DNA from: Promethearchaeia archaeon
GTDB lineage: Archaea; Asgardarchaeota; Lokiarchaeia; Sigyniarchaeales; SOKP01
Direction of reading: 5' to 3'
NCBI GenBank assembly: GCA_046497275.1
Contig: JAWOFX010000085.1
Span: 1 to 12,304, forward strand
Length of the DNA: 12,304 nucleotides
A model generated the notes under the pieces. It was not told the origin of the DNA, did not search any database, and saw nothing but the letters and a program-made list of their open reading frames with translations. Of the stretch, positions 7,956 to 12,304 are shown one piece after another (position 1 is the first letter of the stretch; every line of letters begins with the position of its first letter). The translations under genes and the position numbers were made by a program.

Positions 7956-9780
7956 AAAAAATAATAAAGGATATATCTCTGAAATTAATGGATCATTAAT
8001 CACAGTTAAAGGTTTAGAAGATCAAGTTAGACTTCATGATTTAATTAAAGTAAATAAACAAAATCTAATAGGAGAAATAATACAGATCTATAGTGATAGG
8101 ATAAGTGTTCAATGTTTTGAAGCTACAGATAATTTAAAATTAAAGGAGGAAGTTACCTATTTAAAGGAACCCTTATCAATGGAATTAGGTCCTGGGTTAC
8201 TTTCAAATATTTTTGATGGAATCCAAAGACCTTTAGATAAAATTTTCGAGCTCGAAAAATCAGGTTTTATTCCCAGAGGGATTGATATTTCCGCATTAGA
8301 TAGAGAAAAGAAATGGCATTTTACTCCTACTAAAAAAGTTGATCAAGAAGTAAATGCTGGAGATGTGATCGGAGTGGTACAAGAAACTCCAGCAATCTCC
8401 CATTTTATAATGGTGCATCCTTCTATTAATGGGACTCTTTCTTTTATCAAAAAAGAAGGAGAATATACTGTAGATGAAGATCTTTATAAAATAGACGTAA
8501 ATGGTAATGAAAAAACATTTAACATGATACAAAAATGGTCTGTAACGAAAAGCCGACCTTTTTTCAAGAGATTAACTCCCAATGAACCTTTAATTACAGG
8601 ACAACGAGTGATAGATTTATTATTTCCAGTCGCCAAGGGAGGAACAGTTGCGGTTCCAGGAGGTTTCGGAACAGGGAAAACTGTGCTTCAGCAGTCTATA
8701 GCTAAATGGTCTGATGCAGATATAATAGTTTTTGTTCATTGTGGAGAAAGGGGAAATGAAGTTGCTGATTTATTAAGACAATTTCCTGAACTCGAGGATC
8801 CACGAACAGGAAGACCTTTATTAGAAAGAACGATCCTAATTACGAATACATCTAATATGCCCGTTTCTGCTCGTGAAGCAAGTATCTTTTCTGGTATAAC
8901 AATAGCAGAATATTATAGAGATATGGGATATAATGTTGCTTTACAAGCAGACAGTACTTCTCGATGGGCAGAAGCTCTCAGAGAAATATCTGGCCTATTA
9001 GAAGAGATGCCCGCCGAGGGTGGTTATCCTGCCTATTTAGCTTCTCGCCTCTCGAGCTTTTTTGAAAGAGCTGGAGTAATTGAGGTTATAGGAGAACAAG
9101 AAAATAAAAAGAGTAAATATGGTTCTTTAACAGTTATTGGTTCAGTTTCTCCTCCAGCAGGAGATTTTAGTGAACCCGTTACTTCAAATACTAAAAGATT
9201 TGTTCAAACTTTTTGGGCACTTGATGCTGAATTAGCATATGAGAAACATTACCCAGCAATTAACTGGCTTGAGTCATATTCAAACTATCCAAGTTATATT
9301 AGAAAATGGTGGAATCAAAACGTTAAAATCGATTGGTCCGAAATAGATATCGATTGGTTTAAATGTAGGAATAGAGTAAATCAAATATTATCACGAGAAA
9401 ATGAACTAAAAAATATGACTCAATTAGTGGGTGAGGAAAATCTCCCCGAATTACAACAACTTGATCTCTTTATTGCTAATTTGATTAAAGAAGCTTTCCT
9501 TATTCAGAATGCTTTTGATGATATCGATAATTTTACTTCTACAGAAAAAAATATTGCCCTTATTAAACTCATTCTTCTTCTCCATCAAGAGGCGGAGGAA
9601 TTGATAACACAAGGTTATATTATCAAAGATATTAAGGATTTAGAAGTTATCGATAAAATAAAAAGAGTAAAGAATACCATATCTAATGAAGATATAAATG
9701 AAATCGAAGATATCAAAGATAAGTTATTAAATCAAATAGATTCCTTAAAAAAATCTTATGGAGTCGTGAAAAGTTATTGA
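7942..9780 (+). CDS. atpA: A/V-type ATP synthase catalytic subunit A
   Basis: Walker A GGFGTGKT, CGERGNE, NTSNMPVSAREASI, DSTSRWAEALREISG, EEMPAEGGYPAYL and SPPAGDFSEPVT. No intein. ATG 7942 is preferred; TTG 7936 is possible. Confidence 0.97.
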   Translation: MTESEKNNKGYISEINGSLITVKGLEDQVRLHDLIKVNKQNLIGEIIQIYSDRISVQCFEATDNLKLKEEVTYLKEPLSMELGPGLLSNIFDGIQRPLDKIFELEKSGFIPRGIDISALDREKKWHFTPTKKVDQEVNAGDVIGVVQETPAISHFIMVHPSINGTLSFIKKEGEYTVDEDLYKIDVNGNEKTFNMIQKWSVTKSRPFFKRLTPNEPLITGQRVIDLLFPVAKGGTVAVPGGFGTGKTVLQQSIAKWSDADIIVFVHCGERGNEVADLLRQFPELEDPRTGRPLLERTILITNTSNMPVSAREASIFSGITIAEYYRDMGYNVALQADSTSRWAEALREISGLLEEMPAEGGYPAYLASRLSSFFERAGVIEVIGEQENKKSKYGSLTVIGSVSPPAGDFSEPVTSNTKRFVQTFWALDAELAYEKHYPAINWLESYSNYPSYIRKWWNQNVKIDWSEIDIDWFKCRNRVNQILSRENELKNMTQLVGEENLPELQQLDLFIANLIKEAFLIQNAFDDIDNFTSTEKNIALIKLILLLHQEAEELITQGYIIKDIKDLEVIDKIKRVKNTISNEDINEIEDIKDKLLNQIDSLKKSYGVVKSY

Positions 9781-11159
9781 GTGTCAGCTATAAAAAGATT
9801 ACACAAATAATAGGACCTCTTATTTTTTTAAAAAACCATCATGATGTTCAATATGGTGAAATGGTAAAAATAAGAATAGATGAGGGGGAGACAAGAAATG
9901 GGGAAGTCATTCGAATGGATGAAAATGTAATCCTTATCGAGGTATTCGAAGATACTAAAGGGCTCTCCGCAGTTAACTCAGAAATAAATTTTACCAAGGA
10001 TACTTTTAAATTAAAAATTTCAAAGGATATGTTTGGAGCTACCTTTAATTCATTCGGAAAACCTATTGATATTGAAACTAGAAAAATTTTGAAAAACGAT
10101 ATTTTACCCGAAGTTAAACGTGATATTAATAGTATTCCTATTAATCCTTATGCTCGAGATTACCCCACAAATATTATCCAAACGGGGATTTCTGCTATTG
10201 ATGGATTGTTTACATTGATTAGAGGACAAAAATTACCAATCTTTAGTGGACAAGGACTTAATCATAATGAATTGGCAGCTCAAATTGTTACTCAGGCGAA
10301 AGTTTTAACAGAAGAACCATTTCTCATAATTTTTTGTGGTATAGGAGTAATTCAAGATCAAGCAATTTCATTTATTGATCGCTTTAAAGAAAGCGGAAAT
10401 ATACAAAACATAATTTCTTTCATCAATTTTGCTGATGATCCAGTAATGGCGAGATTAATGATCCCTCATGTTGCTTTAACTACCGCAGAATTTTTTGCAT
10501 TCGAAAAAGATATGCATGTGTTAGTAGTTTTAGTCGACATAACTAACTATGCCGAAGCCTTAAGAGAACTTAGTTTAGCAAAAGAAGAGATACCAAGTAG
10601 AAAAGGATATCCGGGACATATATATACAGACTTTGCAAAAATCTATGAAAGAACGGGATTAATAAAAGGAAAAAGTGGGTCAGTTACTCAAATCCCGATT
10701 TTAACAATGCCAAATGATGATATAAGTCATCCTATACCAGATACTTCAGGATATATTACAGATGGACAGCTTGTGTTGGACCGTGATCTTTATAAAAAAG
10801 AAGTCTATCCTCCATTTGAAGTTTTAGCTTCTATTTCTCGATTAATGAAAGATGCGATTGGAAAGGATACAACAAGAGAAGATCATGCTGATGTAAGTTC
10901 TCAGTTAATAGCATCTTATTCTAATGCTCTGGATGTTAGAGATTTAGTCTCAATCGTAGGAGAAGATAGTTTAAATAATGATCAAAGATCCTTACTTAAA
11001 TTTGCTGATGCGTTTGAAAATAAATTCATAAACCAAGGTTTGGAAGAAGAAAGAACTTTTGAAGATACTTTCTCCATTGCATGGGAAATATTATCAAAGT
11101 TAGATAAAAATCAGTTAAGTAGGATTCATCAAGAATATATAGATAAATATTATGTTTAA
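9777..11159 (+). CDS. atpB: A/V-type ATP synthase subunit B
   Basis: 460 aa. TGISAIDG..TLIRGQKLPIFSG, DITNYAEALRE, RKGYPG, QIPILTMPNDDISHPIPD and SISRLMK. TTG start overlaps the atpA stop. Confidence 0.97.
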   Translation: MSVSYKKITQIIGPLIFLKNHHDVQYGEMVKIRIDEGETRNGEVIRMDENVILIEVFEDTKGLSAVNSEINFTKDTFKLKISKDMFGATFNSFGKPIDIETRKILKNDILPEVKRDINSIPINPYARDYPTNIIQTGISAIDGLFTLIRGQKLPIFSGQGLNHNELAAQIVTQAKVLTEEPFLIIFCGIGVIQDQAISFIDRFKESGNIQNIISFINFADDPVMARLMIPHVALTTAEFFAFEKDMHVLVVLVDITNYAEALRELSLAKEEIPSRKGYPGHIYTDFAKIYERTGLIKGKSGSVTQIPILTMPNDDISHPIPDTSGYITDGQLVLDRDLYKKEVYPPFEVLASISRLMKDAIGKDTTREDHADVSSQLIASYSNALDVRDLVSIVGEDSLNNDQRSLLKFADAFENKFINQGLEEERTFEDTFSIAWEILSKLDKNQLSRIHQEYIDKYYV

Positions 11160-11160
11160 A

Positions 11161-11165
11161 GGTGA
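11161..11165 (+). promoter_or_regulatory. Shine-Dalgarno (GGTGA) of atpD
   Basis: Perfect GGTGA one base after the atpB stop and 6 nt upstream of an in-frame ACG at 11172. Confidence 0.7.
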
Positions 11166-11171
11166 AATTGA

Positions 11172-11822
11172 ACGTCATTTCGGGAAATAAAACCAACAAA
11201 AAGTAATTTATTAGATTTGGAAGATAAATTAGATTTTGTAGAAAAAGGAAAAGACTTTTTAGATTATAAAAGAACACAACTAGTTGATCAGATACGAAAT
11301 ATCTGGACGAATTATAAAAATCAACATAAGAAATCTTTTGGAATGATTCAAGAAGCCATGTCTAATTTAAATGAATCATACAAGGAACAAGGAAAACAAA
11401 GTGTAAATCTAATTAGTATGATGGGAAGAATTCAATATAAACCTAGGATTGAGTTAAAGTATTCGAAAAAAATGGGAATCGCAATACCAAGACTTGAATT
11501 GGAATTTGAAAAAGAAGAAAAATTACCTCCATATTCATTTACTAATACAAGCAAACATTTAGATAACTTAATGAGAATTTTAAAAAATATGTTTGAACAA
11601 ATGATATTATTAGCAGAAACTGAGGATGTATTAATAAAATATGCCTTCAATTTCCAAAAAGTAAATAGGAGGATACAAGGATTAAAGAATGTGATTAAGC
11701 CTCAAATAGAATCTGATATTAAAAAAATTGAACGAATTTTAGAGGAAACTGAACGTGAGAACTTTACACGCTTAAAGAAAACCAAAGATATGATTAAAAC
11801 CAAGGAGAAAAATATATGGTGA
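11172..11822 (+). CDS. atpD: A/V-type ATP synthase subunit D; proposed ACG start, 216 aa
   Basis: Upstream of the ORF-track TTG (11217) the frame reads (M)SFREIKPTKSNLLDLEDKL..., matching the conserved subunit D N-terminus (xKPTRxxLxxLK...G.xLL..KR). C-terminal KVNRRIQGLKNVIKP...LEETERENFTRLKKTK. Confidence 0.9.
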   Translation, partial: TSFREIKPTKSNLLDLEDKLDFVEKGKDFLDYKRTQLVDQIRNIWTNYKNQHKKSFGMIQEAMSNLNESYKEQGKQSVNLISMMGRIQYKPRIELKYSKKMGIAIPRLELEFEKEEKLPPYSFTNTSKHLDNLMRILKNMFEQMILLAETEDVLIKYAFNFQKVNRRIQGLKNVIKPQIESDIKKIERILEETERENFTRLKKTKDMIKTKEKNIW

Positions 11823-11831
11823 AAATAAGAT

Positions 11832-12304
11832 ATGGCTAAAATGACTTTGTTTAATATAATCATACAAAAAATTCTCAAAGATAGCATTTTAATGAATTTA
11901 GCAAATCAAAAAATAGTTCATATAAAGGAAAAAGAGAAAGAAAAAATAAAAGAAGAAAAAGAGGAATATAAAGAGAATATTAAAGATTTACGCCAAAATT
12001 TAGAAGATCTCTTTAAAAAATTAAATATAGCAAAATCCGAATTCCAAGCTTTACATTTAGAAAAGGATGAGAAAAAGGAATTCAGGGTGAAAGATTTATA
12101 TGAATTAATTCACCAAGTTACAGATGAAATTAATTTCTATATGAATCGGATTAATGAATTAGAGCGATATATTAATAAAGCAACTCTAGAATTAGAAAAT
12201 ATTAATGAAATCAATTCAGCTTATACATTCTTAAATAAATATGAATTTAATCGAAAACATTTACGTTATTTTGATGAGTTAGATATAAAAACTTATATCA
12301 CTTA
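11832..12304 (+). CDS. atpI: A/V-type ATP synthase subunit I (a), N-terminal part; runs off the window
   Basis: Not in the ORF track. My translation: MAKMTLFNIIIQKILKDSILMNLANQKIVHIKEKEKEKIKEEK... with no stop to the window end. It matches the subunit I start pattern (M.KM...I.....D..L..L.....VHI) followed by coiled coil. GGTGA at 11818-11822. Confidence 0.85.
   Translation, partial: MAKMTLFNIIIQKILKDSILMNLANQKIVHIKEKEKEKIKEEKEEYKENIKDLRQNLEDLFKKLNIAKSEFQALHLEKDEKKEFRVKDLYELIHQVTDEINFYMNRINELERYINKATLELENINEINSAYTFLNKYEFNRKHLRYFDELDIKTYIT

Noticed and set aside
8296-8532. 78-aa - strand ORF
   Set aside because: Antisense shadow within atpA.
7942-9780. Intein in subunit A
   Set aside because: The known insertion sites (at Walker A and before GERGNE) are contiguous and the protein length is normal.
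11168-11206. Programmed frameshift from the out-of-frame TTG 11168 into atpD
   Set aside because: The TTG is only 2 nt from the SD, and the same mechanism cannot explain atpC. ACG initiation explains both more simply.
11026-11277. 83-aa - strand ORF
   Set aside because: Antisense to the atpB/atpD junction; low-complexity F/L/Y sequence typical of AT-rich reverse frames.
11432-11887. Two short - strand ORFs (72 and 61 aa)
   Set aside because: Antisense to atpD and atpI.
1-12304. CRISPR arrays, tRNA/rRNA genes, transposases
   Set aside because: No regularly spaced repeats, cloverleaf-like or GC-rich structured segments, or mobile-element ORFs were seen.

Overview
Very AT-rich archaeal DNA. 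The GGTGA-type ribosome-binding sites, the A/V-type ATPase and an ITPK1-like gene suggest an Asgard archaeon (Loki/Promethearchaeia-like); this taxonomy is inferred. Left half: an MFS transporter (-) divergent from an ATP-grasp protein with ITPK1 (inositol tris/tetrakisphosphate kinase)-like motifs (+), then uppP, a low-molecular-weight phosphatase and pncA (all -). Right half: an A/V-type ATP synthase/ATPase operon in the order K-C-H-F-E-A-B-D-I, with I running off the window and missing from the ORF track. Main finding: subunits C and D have conserved N-termini upstream of any ATG/GTG/TTG. Both appear to start at an ACG in the same context (GGTGAAAT-NNN-ACG-Ser), 6 nt after the SD core, the spacing seen for several canonical starts in this window. 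This points to non-AUG initiation or, more speculatively, ACG-to-AUG editing. Subunit E may also start at ATT.
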